This document shows, piece by piece, positions 1-8,130 of a stretch of 64,000 bases of DNA (its first letter is position 1; every line of letters starts with the position of its first letter). This DNA comes from Bacteroidales bacterium (lineage in GTDB: Bacteria; Bacteroidota; Bacteroidia; Bacteroidales; UBA10428), in assembly GCA_016928305.1 (NCBI GenBank), contig JAFGKY010000021.1, positions 54 through 64,053 of the forward strand. Reading direction: 5' to 3'. The translations under genes and the position numbers were made by a program. The notes beneath the pieces are model-generated. The model was not told the DNA's origin, made no database searches, and was given only the letters and a program-made list of their open reading frames with translations.

Positions 1-368
1 GCTAGTGCCTAACGCATATAGCCAATAGCACGGATTGCAGGTGTGCGATCGTTTGTAATCTTCAATAATGTTGGTGCATAAGGACAGGTGATCACGATTA
101 ATTGCGCTACTGTTCATATCAGCCGACGACGTTAGCTTCGCTGACCGCTTTCGCACAAAGCTTTCCACGAGCGCTAAAGCTACTCTGCGGAGGCGCTATC
201 GGTTGCGAAGATCCCTTCGGTCGGTTGTAATCCGAATCTTTTGAAACAACCACAAGCAGGGGACTCGGGATCGGCATGACACTTCGGTTGTAAAATGTTA
301 TCCTGTCCCTATATATCGGAACCAGAATCACAATACTTTTTCTCTTCCAATAAGTATTTTCGAAATCC

Positions 369-671
369 TTATATTTCCGCATCTGTAAACCAATCATTTG
401 CCAGATCCTTCATTTCCGGATTAGCCTCTTTTATCAGGTTGATCTTCCAGTTACGATGCCAGTTCTTTAACTGCTTTTCTTTGGATATTGCATACTCAAT
501 ACTTTTTAGCTCTTCATAGTAAAGCAGATCTTTAAGCAGATATTTTGTAGTAAATCGTGAACCAACTCCTGCCTTGTGTTCCAGAATCCTTCTCTCCAAA
601 TCATTAGTAACGTCGATGTAAAAGGTTGTTCTATACTTGTTTGACATAATATAAACGCATCCACCTTTCAA
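369..671 (-). CDS. GIY-YIG nuclease family protein (small URI-domain protein)
   Basis: 100-aa ORF. The N-terminus CVYIMSNKYRTTFYIDVTNDLERRILEHK fits the GIY...YIG...R...E core of GIY-YIG domains. Visibly AT-rich and flanked by hairpin-rich non-coding DNA. Confidence 0.8.
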   Translation of the reverse strand: MKGGCVYIMSNKYRTTFYIDVTNDLERRILEHKAGVGSRFTTKYLLKDLLYYEELKSIEYAISKEKQLKNWHRNWKINLIKEANPEMKDLANDWFTDAEI

Positions 672-1136
672 ATAGTCATTATTTGATTATCACTAATATA
701 GAAATATTTGCATTCTGAGACACAAAGATTTTGATTGTTTTGGTTTTTACATTGAGAGGCAGGAGATGCTGAAACGAGTTCAGTATGTCGGCGCCATTGT
801 TGCTCGTTATCCTGAACTCCCGCCTGCCTGGCAACGGTGGGCAGGTGTTTCAGGATCGCATTAAGGCTACAAGATGTCAAATAATATATTGAGAAATCAT
901 TATAGCATGTTTTGAACACTCGTAGGTGCAACACCAAAACAGCGGTGGGGTACATTAAAAAAAGAAATTGACCTATATAACACCAAAAGTCTTCACTTAT
1001 CTAAGAATTACCGAAAACCTCAAAATGATTATAAAAATTAATTGTATTTTTATATATTGTTGTTTATAAATAACATAACTATTACTGCATAATTCTTTCT
1101 AAACCATATTAAACTATAACTAAAAGAGCCTCTGTT

Positions 1137-4100
1137 ATGAAACTAATTACCTTTTTGCTCCTCTTTACTGTTCTTCACGTCTTTGCCAAAGGTAACCCGG
1201 AAGAGTTTAAAACCGGGATGCAGCCGATAACTGTTACCGGAATGGTTACGGATGCGAACGGGGAACCTCTGCTCGGCGTGAGCATTCAGCTAAAAGGCAC
1301 CACGAAGGGCACGACAACCGATCTCAAAGGGGAATATGCCCTGTCCGATGTCCCCGGAGACGCCGTGCTGGTGTTTTCGTTCGTGGGGATGCTGACCCGG
1401 GAGGTGCTTGTTAACGGACTGACAACCATTGATGTGATGATGACTGAAGATTTAATTAAGCTGGACGAGTTGGTTGTGGTAGGTTACGGGACCCGGTCCA
1501 AGCGTTTTGTTTCCGGATCCATCTCCTCAGTCGATATGGATGAAACCAAAAGTCTGGTGCCGAACACAAATGCTGCCCAGTCACTTGGACAGATTGCCGG
1601 TGTTCAGTTTATCAATAACGGAAGGCCCGGTCAGGGCGGGGAACTACTTATCCGTGGCCAGAATTCGCTGACTGCCAATACCGATCCTTTGATCATCCTT
1701 GACGGGATTATTTTCGAAGGAAACTTGTCGGATATTAATCCGCAGGATATTAAATCAATCGATGTGCTTAAAGATGCCGCTTCAACGGCTATTTACGGGT
1801 CAAGGGCTGCCAACGGCGTTATTATGATTACTTCAGTTACAGGAACATCTGCCAAACCTGTTATCCGTGTTAATGCCACTTTAGGAATATCAGAGGCGGG
1901 AAACTGGATGGAGCTGCAATCGAAGGAAGGATATATACAAAGAAGAAGGGATTATCATACACAAGCGAATACCGGTATTGATATCAGTGACATCAGTGAG
2001 TTACTGGAACCTGAAGAATATGAAAATTACAGTAATGGAGTGTTCCAGGATGGTTTCAAAGATATAATCAGCCGGCAGGGAAGCCTTGCCACCCTTGATT
2101 TGAGTGTGTCCGGCCGGACAGACAGGACGAACTACTTAATTTCCGGCTCTATGAGCCGTGATGTTGGCTTAATTAAAGGCGACCAGGAAAAACGTACGTT
2201 GATCCGGGTCAATCTTGAAACCCAGATAACCAGCTGGCTGAAGATAGGAACAGCTTCCTTTTTTACCTTCCGCGACATGTCGGGTAAAGAAGCCGATATA
2301 TATAATGCATACCGTAATTCGCCTTTTGGCACCTTTTATTATCCCGACAGAAGTGTAAAATTTAATCCTGTTTCTTCTGAAGCTGCCTCGTATAATTGTA
2401 TGTATGAATATGAACTAACGGATAATACCGAGACCAGGAAAAACCTGTTCAGCAACCTGTATACCGAATTGGATATACCGTTCATAAAAGGGTTGTCATT
2501 CCGGCTTAATTATGCCCCGAATTATGAATGGCACAATAACTATTCGTATATGCGACAAGACCCTTACGCTGCCAGCAATAACACGATTGCCACCAAAGAC
2601 AACGAAAACATATTCCGGTGGGTGTGGGAAAATATACTTACTTATAAATGGAGCATAAGTGCCCACGATTTCGACATTACCTTAATGTACGGGCGTAATC
2701 ATTATGAAAAAGAAGAAACGAACGCAGAAGCCAAATACTTTGAGATCGATAATCTGGGATACAATAATCTCGGTCTGGGTAGTGACTATGTAATCCAGAC
2801 TCCGGCAGAAGAAAAGAAGGGAGTATCCTCCATGGCCCGTTTGAACTATATGTTCAAGAAAAAATATATACTTTCACTGGCGGTAAGAAGGGATGGCAGC
2901 TCGGTTTTTGGCGAGAACAATAAATTTGCAACCTTCCCCTCTGTAGCACTTTCATGGATAGTCTCAGAAGAACCGTTCCTCAAAAATGCAGAGGCTGTCA
3001 GCTTTTTGAAATTCAGGGTCTCGTACGGGGCAAATGGTAACGAAGCAATACCTCCGTACAGAACACAGAGCCTGAATAAAACAATACGCAATGTTTTAGG
3101 TGATGGAAGTACCGGTGATATCGCTTTTATCCCTTTAGATTATATGGGAAATGAAAGCCTGAAATGGGAATCTACCTATTCAACCAACATAGGTGTGGAT
3201 TTCGGTTTTTTTGACGGTCGTGTAAACGGATCATTGGATGTTTATACGAAAACTACAAAAGACTTGCTGGTGGAACGTGATATTCCACCCACGAACGGCT
3301 ATCTGACTACGTATGATAATATCGGTGAGGTCAATAACAGGGGTATAGAAGTGACATTGAATACAGTGAACGTACTGAAATCCAAATTCAACTGGAATAC
3401 TTTTATGACTTTTGCATACAATAAAAATGAAATTGTACATCTGTTCGGTGATATCGACGGGGATGGTAAGGAAGATGATGCTGAAGCAAGCAATTGGTTT
3501 ATCGGTGAGAATATAAATTCGTATTTTAACTATGAATTCACCGGCATTTACCAGGTGGATGATGATATCCCTGCGCCTTACAGAGCAGGTGATATCATAC
3601 TGAAAGATATGGACGGGGACACAGCCATAACCCAGGCTGACCGGACGATTGTCGGACATGGTATACATCCCGATTTTACCCTTACTTTCAACAATACATT
3701 CAGGTTTGGCAACCTGTCGTTGTATATATCGGTGAACAGTATGCTGGGCTGGGTGGCGCCTTTTGACCTCATATACCCTGCTGATAAAGGAAGGGCCTTT
3801 AATGCACTCGATGCCGGGTACTGGACGCCTGAGAACAGATCCGACACACGGCCTTCGCTGACCTATTCTGCTTATGTTGCCACAGGAAACCATTACTATG
3901 TCAGCAGAGATTTTCTGCGCGTAAAAGACATCGCGCTTTCGTATGACTTTAGCCGGATAAAAGCGCCTGTATTATCAAGCTTTTCAAGCCTCCGCCTTTC
4001 ATTCAGCGTAAAGAACCTTTATACGTTTACAAAATGGTTAGGACCCGATCCTGAAAATACAAGGGACATAGAAACCGATCAGGGAGGAAGGGATCTATAC

Positions 4101-4145
4101 CCTATGCCGCGAATATATTCATTAGGAATTAATATGAGTTTCTGA
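1137..4145 (+). CDS. SusC/RagA family TonB-linked outer membrane protein
   Basis: 1002 aa. Signal peptide, then a carboxypeptidase-regulatory-like fold (VTGMVTDANGEPLLGVSIQLKG), a TonB-box/plug region (LDELVVVGYGT, DVLKDAASTAIYGSRAANGVIMIT), and a C-terminal beta-barrel ending in F. Followed by a SusD-like gene. Confidence 0.93.
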   Translation: MKLITFLLLFTVLHVFAKGNPEEFKTGMQPITVTGMVTDANGEPLLGVSIQLKGTTKGTTTDLKGEYALSDVPGDAVLVFSFVGMLTREVLVNGLTTIDVMMTEDLIKLDELVVVGYGTRSKRFVSGSISSVDMDETKSLVPNTNAAQSLGQIAGVQFINNGRPGQGGELLIRGQNSLTANTDPLIILDGIIFEGNLSDINPQDIKSIDVLKDAASTAIYGSRAANGVIMITSVTGTSAKPVIRVNATLGISEAGNWMELQSKEGYIQRRRDYHTQANTGIDISDISELLEPEEYENYSNGVFQDGFKDIISRQGSLATLDLSVSGRTDRTNYLISGSMSRDVGLIKGDQEKRTLIRVNLETQITSWLKIGTASFFTFRDMSGKEADIYNAYRNSPFGTFYYPDRSVKFNPVSSEAASYNCMYEYELTDNTETRKNLFSNLYTELDIPFIKGLSFRLNYAPNYEWHNNYSYMRQDPYAASNNTIATKDNENIFRWVWENILTYKWSISAHDFDITLMYGRNHYEKEETNAEAKYFEIDNLGYNNLGLGSDYVIQTPAEEKKGVSSMARLNYMFKKKYILSLAVRRDGSSVFGENNKFATFPSVALSWIVSEEPFLKNAEAVSFLKFRVSYGANGNEAIPPYRTQSLNKTIRNVLGDGSTGDIAFIPLDYMGNESLKWESTYSTNIGVDFGFFDGRVNGSLDVYTKTTKDLLVERDIPPTNGYLTTYDNIGEVNNRGIEVTLNTVNVLKSKFNWNTFMTFAYNKNEIVHLFGDIDGDGKEDDAEASNWFIGENINSYFNYEFTGIYQVDDDIPAPYRAGDIILKDMDGDTAITQADRTIVGHGIHPDFTLTFNNTFRFGNLSLYISVNSMLGWVAPFDLIYPADKGRAFNALDAGYWTPENRSDTRPSLTYSAYVATGNHYYVSRDFLRVKDIALSYDFSRIKAPVLSSFSSLRLSFSVKNLYTFTKWLGPDPENTRDIETDQGGRDLYPMPRIYSLGINMSF

Positions 4146-4191
4146 AAAAATCAATTCGATTGAGTGAATTTTTATGTAATACCGAATAACT

Positions 4192-5886
4192 ATGAAAACC
4201 TTAATAATAACTTCATATAATAAAAAATTCATGAAAGGATTGTTATTGCCATTGGTGATATGTATCCTTCCCGGATTGTATTCATGCAATGATGAAGAAT
4301 TGCTCAACCAGGTATCCAAATCGGAATTGACTGACGCCAGTGTGTTAAACTCAAAAGCCGGTTTTGAAATGTATCTGTCCGGCCTGGTGTACCAGTTTCG
4401 TGAAGAATGGCAGGTAGATGACCTGACCTATTGGACCCAATTTACCTGTACCGATATGTATAACTTCGTGGATCCGGAAGAAAGGCCACAACGCGATGAC
4501 TGGAGACTGGATTATACCCCGGAATCCGATTTTGCTGAAACATACTGGGAATGGGCGTATGTAAAAATGATTCCGATGGCCAACAACATCATCAAATTTG
4601 CACAAAAATCCGAAAATTCAGGTATATGGGAAAGCGAAGCCGAAAAAAATGCAGTTATCGCCGAGGGTAAATTCTTCAGGGCATGGACTTATAATATACT
4701 GGCAAACCTGTTTGGTGATGCTATCATTATTGAAGAAGCACTGCCCGCGCCAAAATTTGATTTTATAAGGGCTCCCCGCAGGGAAGTTTATGAACTGGCC
4801 AGAGCAGACCTTGAGTTTGCCTCGCAGTGGCTGCCGGAGACTGTTGATGAAAATAAAGAGGGACGGGCAGTGAAAGCAGCAGCCCAGCATTTATTAACCG
4901 AAGTCTGTATAAGCCTGGGTGAATATGATGCAGCTATTATAAGTGCAAGCAATCTTATTAACTCCGGTTTATACCACCTGATGACAGACCGTTTTGGGAA
5001 TTTTATGAACGATCCGGGCGATCCGTTTTCAGATTTGTTCAAAGATGGAAATTTCAACAGGTCCTCAGGCAATATGGAATCTATCCTGGTCTGGCAAATC
5101 GAAGAATTTATGGAAGGAGGCACAGGCTCTTATGGAAGGGGGAATAATTTTGTAAGGGGATTTGCGCCGTTCCTGGTAAATTACAGAGGTTCCGACGGAA
5201 AATACGGCTGGATATACGATCCGACATTACCGGGGTCAGATACCATGGGCCGGGGAGCAGGTTTTGTCCGTCCGTCAAATTACGCCTTATACGATATCTG
5301 GCAAAATGACTGGAATGACATGCGCAATTCCCGTTACAATATGCGAAGGGAATTTTATTTTAACAATCCGGAATCGTCATTATATGGCCAGAAATGGGAT
5401 AATTCCTATGCACTAAGCGAAAAAGACACCTCAAGAAGAGTGTATGGCTATTCACTAAAAGTTGAGGGACCGTTTTTCCAGGGTGGGGAAGGAGATTTTA
5501 AAGGCCGGACCAGCAAAGATTTATATGTAATCCGGCTGGCCGAAACCTATTTGCTTCGTGCAGAAGCTTATTTAAGAAAAGGCGAAAAAGCCAGTGCTGC
5601 TGCAGATATTAATGTTGTCCGTGACAGGGCAAATGCACCGGCTATATCGCCTGGCGATGTAACACTGGAATTTATCCTTGATGAGCGTGCCCGTGAATTA
5701 ATGACCGAAGAGCCCCGTACGCGTACCCTAATCAGGATGGGCAACCTGGTGGAACGGGTCCGGTTATACGATCCCGACCCGGTATCCAGGGAGACTGTTG
5801 AGGAACACAACCGTTTCTGGCCTGTTCCGCAATCAGCCATTGATGAAAATACAGGTGCTGTATTGGAGCAGAATCCCGGGTACTGA
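4192..5886 (+). CDS. SusD/RagB family nutrient-binding outer membrane lipoprotein
   Basis: 564 aa. Lipobox LPGLYSC. TPR-like SusD signatures (RAWTYNILANLFGD, RLAETYLLRAEAYLRKG, ERARELMTEEPR, RFWPVPQSAI). The start could instead be the internal Met at 4231. Confidence 0.92.
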   Translation: MKTLIITSYNKKFMKGLLLPLVICILPGLYSCNDEELLNQVSKSELTDASVLNSKAGFEMYLSGLVYQFREEWQVDDLTYWTQFTCTDMYNFVDPEERPQRDDWRLDYTPESDFAETYWEWAYVKMIPMANNIIKFAQKSENSGIWESEAEKNAVIAEGKFFRAWTYNILANLFGDAIIIEEALPAPKFDFIRAPRREVYELARADLEFASQWLPETVDENKEGRAVKAAAQHLLTEVCISLGEYDAAIISASNLINSGLYHLMTDRFGNFMNDPGDPFSDLFKDGNFNRSSGNMESILVWQIEEFMEGGTGSYGRGNNFVRGFAPFLVNYRGSDGKYGWIYDPTLPGSDTMGRGAGFVRPSNYALYDIWQNDWNDMRNSRYNMRREFYFNNPESSLYGQKWDNSYALSEKDTSRRVYGYSLKVEGPFFQGGEGDFKGRTSKDLYVIRLAETYLLRAEAYLRKGEKASAAADINVVRDRANAPAISPGDVTLEFILDERARELMTEEPRTRTLIRMGNLVERVRLYDPDPVSRETVEEHNRFWPVPQSAIDENTGAVLEQNPGY

Positions 5887-6172
5887 AAAATACTAAAGTA
5901 TGAAATTGAGAAGTGATGCTGGTTGTTACATGAATTAAATTGACAACGGACATTACTTTTTTAATTTTAATAAATCATCTTTTTGGTTAAATCCACTGTT
6001 GATTGGAGGTTGCACCTACAATTTTTCATCCGGATTTTAATCAGACTTGGGGGATTATTTTTCTGAAGATCATTTTGTTGCTTATATTAAGACCTAATTC
6101 ATTGCGATTTTTTTCAACTTATTTAATATTTGACAATTTTTGTTAGCTAATAATTTGTAATGTTAATAAGTT

Positions 6173-6190
6173 GTGGTAAATTTGTACCAC
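6173..6190. promoter_or_regulatory. Perfect inverted repeat GTGGTA-N6-TACCAC, candidate operator of the XRE regulator
   Basis: The sequence gtggtaaatttgtaccac lies 19 nt upstream of the preferred ATG (6209) of the HTH gene. The 6-bp half-sites are exact reverse complements. Confidence 0.4.
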
Positions 6191-6208
6191 ATTATTAATC
6201 ATAAATCC

Positions 6209-6583
6209 ATGAAAACAACATTTGCAGATTTTGTACGCAATAAAAGAATTGCGTCTGGCCTGACTCTGAGAGAGTTCTGTAGAAAATCCGGAATTGACGC
6301 AAGTAATTGGAGTAAAGTTGAACGGGGATTATTGCAGCCACCTCAAAGCAGGGAAATACTGAATGATATCGCTGTTGTTATAAAAATTGAAGAAGGAAGC
6401 GAGGAATATAAAGAAATGTTTGACCTTGCTGCTCTTTCATCGATACCTGAAGGCTTCATTGAAAAAGAAATTATTGAACAGCTTCCTGTTTTCTTCAGGA
6501 CTATTAGAGGTGATAATCCCACGGAGGAAGAAGTTAATGCCCTTATAGCTAAAATTAAATCAGCATGGACCTCAGAAAGATAG
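6209..6583 (+). CDS. XRE-family helix-turn-helix transcriptional regulator
   Basis: MKTTFADFVRNKRIASGLTLREFCRKSGIDASNWSKVERG is a classic Cro/C1-type HTH. The ORF track extends to a GTG at 6173, but that extension covers the palindrome. The 3' end overlaps the next gene by 19 nt. Confidence 0.85.
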   Translation: MKTTFADFVRNKRIASGLTLREFCRKSGIDASNWSKVERGLLQPPQSREILNDIAVVIKIEEGSEEYKEMFDLAALSSIPEGFIEKEIIEQLPVFFRTIRGDNPTEEEVNALIAKIKSAWTSER

Positions 6584-7197
6584 TTCCAAGAATACTCTCA
6601 GCACCTCAAATTAGGGAACAGGCAGAACAATTCCGACAAGAATATATCCATAATGAAGACGTTCCAGTCGATATTGAGCTTATTATGCAATCATCATTGG
6701 GTATTCAGGTTATACCTATAGAGGATCTTCAACAAAAATGCCATATAGAGGGTTTCATCTCTATGGATCTTAAGTTTATTTATGTTGATGAATTTCAATA
6801 TGTGACGGATAATTATTATAAAAGGGTAAGGTTTACAATTGCCCATGAAATTGGGCATAGAATTCTTCATCGTGATATTATAGACAAAACAAATTTTGAA
6901 TCTGCTGATGAATGGAAGAAATTCAGATTGAGCCTTAGAGATGAATCACTTGGCTGGTTTGAGTGGCAGGCACGTGAATTCGCAGGGAGGCTATTAGTTC
7001 CTATTGATAGACTTGTTACTGAGTTTAAAGCAGCCCGAAATGAAATTATAAGAAATAATCCGGGTTGGAAAAACCTTAAAATTGGTGATGAATTGTTTTC
7101 ATTGGTTGCTCCATTAATTGCTCCCAAATTTGATGTATCAACGGATGTTATTGAAATAAGGCTTATCAAAGAAGGAGTCAGTAATTATTTCAACTAA
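6565..7197 (+). CDS. ImmA/IrrE family metallo-endopeptidase (COG2856-type)
   Basis: 210 aa with the zinc motif FTIAHEIGHRILH (HExxH) followed by EWQAREFAGRLLVP, typical of the ImmA/IrrE domain. Translationally overlapped with the upstream XRE gene. Confidence 0.85.
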   Translation: MDLRKIVPRILSAPQIREQAEQFRQEYIHNEDVPVDIELIMQSSLGIQVIPIEDLQQKCHIEGFISMDLKFIYVDEFQYVTDNYYKRVRFTIAHEIGHRILHRDIIDKTNFESADEWKKFRLSLRDESLGWFEWQAREFAGRLLVPIDRLVTEFKAARNEIIRNNPGWKNLKIGDELFSLVAPLIAPKFDVSTDVIEIRLIKEGVSNYFN

Positions 7198-7598
7198 ATA
7201 TAAAATTTGTAACAATTAGAACCAAAAATGTTAAAGTTGATCTATCAATTTTACTGGAGATGTTAATTAATATTGAGTCCAAACTAACCTGTTTTGTTCC
7301 CCCATCTGCTGCAAGTTTGAGTCCGGTAATCCGGGCGGTACCTTGTGGCAAGAACAACAGAATGAAGATTCTATGATGTATCAATCACTCATAATTTCAA
7401 TGCAAAAACATTGATGATGTAGAAAAAAATAGTTACATAAAAGAAACGTAAAGATTTAGTAACTTTTTCAAATGTATAAATCAACAATTAGTGTGCGAAA
7501 GTCTTTACCAATGGTATGGCCACAAGTTGAAAACTTGCGGCAGTGAGGGCCGGATTAGGGGAATTACTTTCAGTGATTCCTTTTAGGGAGAAGCAATA

Positions 7599-7727
7599 CA
7601 AAAAAACGCACAACGCCATTCAGGCGTTTTCTTTTTGTTTGTCATCCGGTCTTCATCTGTGCCGGAAGCACAATTCATCCCGGCTGCCAAACAAAAAACC
7701 GGCAGAGCCGGATTGTGCGTTTTTTTG
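7599..7727. mobile_element. MITE-like 129-bp element with perfect 15-bp terminal inverted repeats, flanked by TA/TA
   Basis: The left arm caaaaaaacgcacaa (7599-7613) is the exact reverse complement of the right arm ttgtgcgtttttttg (7713-7727). A TA dinucleotide sits on both outer flanks (7597-7598 and 7728-7729). The interior holds two terminator-like hairpins (aacgcc..ggcgtt and ccggcagagccgg). No transposase is present. Confidence 0.45.
7691..7711 (-). terminator. Rho-independent terminator downstream of tRNA-Met
   Basis: The minus strand reads CCGGCTCTGCCGG (5-bp GC stem, 3-nt loop) followed by TTTTTTGT, 17 nt past the tRNA 3' end. Confidence 0.6.
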
Positions 7728-7801
7728 TAGCGAGAGGGGGAATTGAACCCCCGACCTCATGATTATGAATCATGCGCTCTAACCATCTGAGCTATCTCGC
7801 C
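7728..7801 (-). tRNA. tRNA-Met (anticodon CAU), elongator-like; a lysidine-modified tRNA-Ile2 cannot be excluded
   Basis: The minus strand GGCGAGATAGCTCAGATGGTTAGAGCGCATGATTCATAATCATGAGGTCGGGGGTTCAATTCCCCCTCTCGCTA folds by hand into a cloverleaf. Acceptor stem is 7 bp (G1-U72 wobble), D stem GCTC/GAGC, anticodon stem CATGA/TCATG with loop TTCATAA, T stem GGGGG/CCCCC with loop TTCAATT. CCA is not encoded. Confidence 0.9.
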
Positions 7802-7814
7802 ATCATGTCAAAAA

Positions 7815-7949
7815 GAACCTGCGACCTCCCCGATATGCATCGGAGCGCTCTAACCATCCCGATAAGAATCGGGACTAGTTCGACTTAGGAATTCTGCTTC
7901 GCTGTCGCTCGCACAATTCCAGTCTCACTGAGTCTGAGCTATCTCGCCC
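7815..7949 (-). pseudogene. Decayed tRNA(CAU)-derived copy, split in the D-loop by a 75-nt hairpin element and truncated in the T-loop
   Basis: The minus strand reads GGGCGAGATAGCTCAGA, then a 75-nt insert, then TGGTTAGAGCGCTCCGATGCATATCGGGGAGGTCGCAGGTTC. The first 16 nt and the D-arm 3' half match the intact tRNA. The anticodon region still contains CAT but does not form a proper 5-bp stem with a 7-nt loop. There is no T-stem 3' half and no acceptor 3' strand. Confidence 0.6.
7858..7932 (-). repeat. Modular two-hairpin element, copy A (inside the decayed tRNA copy)
   Basis: The minus strand reads ctcagtgagact, then hairpin ggaatt..aattcc, then taagtcgaac, then hairpin tcccgattcttatcggga. 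Copy B at 53785-53861 has the same order of conserved linkers (gagactcag / taagtcgaac / tcccgat..cggga). Confidence 0.55.
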
Positions 7950-8125
7950 TTTGTCCGCCGAAGCTTTAGCGAAGGCGGAATGTATCAAATATTTCAATGC
8001 CTACCTATTACGTGGAACTTTCCATCGTAAATTTAAATGTTCTGACTCTGCCTGTAATCAGTCAGGCATCTGAACCCTGACCGCCGGAGCTTGATGTGAA
8101 GGCGGGTATCTCGCCCTATAAAAAG
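7950..8125 (-). other. Structured leader upstream of tRNA-Met containing a third 10-nt tRNA 5' fragment and two CCGCC..GGCGG hairpins
   Basis: GGGCGAGATA recurs at 8107-8116 (minus strand), directly downstream of a -7 promoter box. Hairpins ccgccgaagctttagcgaaggcgg (7955-7978) and ccgccggagcttgatgtgaaggcgg (8081-8105) share the CCGCC-GRA-GC...GAA-GGCGG layout. Confidence 0.45.
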
Positions 8126-8130
8126 GTTTG

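Noticed and set aside
1-368. I asked whether the structured non-coding stretch at the left edge is a tmRNA, RNase P RNA or SRP RNA.
   Set aside because: None of the expected hallmarks is present on either strand. There is no tRNA-like 3' end (GGTTCGA..CCA), no ..ALAA-type tag frame, no GAGGAAAGTCCGG / ACAGAACCCGGCTTA P4 strands, and no SRP domain IV motif. It is left as unassigned hairpin-rich DNA.
7270-7550. A possible invertible segment or att-site remnant. The sequences ctgctgcaagttt..cttgtggca (about 7307-7340) and tggccacaagtt..aaacttgcggcag (about 7520-7546) are inverted copies of one motif.
   Set aside because: Each copy is itself a hairpin (caag..cttg), so the pair is better explained as two copies of a hairpin module. 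No recombinase is nearby, and the tRNA-like resemblance of gagtccggtaatccgggcggtacc did not fold into any tRNA arm.
7950-8125. A third tRNA gene (possible tRNA-Ile GAT) suggested by the hairpin gcctg-actgatta-caggc.
   Set aside because: The loop is 8 nt, and there is no D arm, T arm or acceptor pairing. Only the 10-nt 5' fragment resembles a tRNA.
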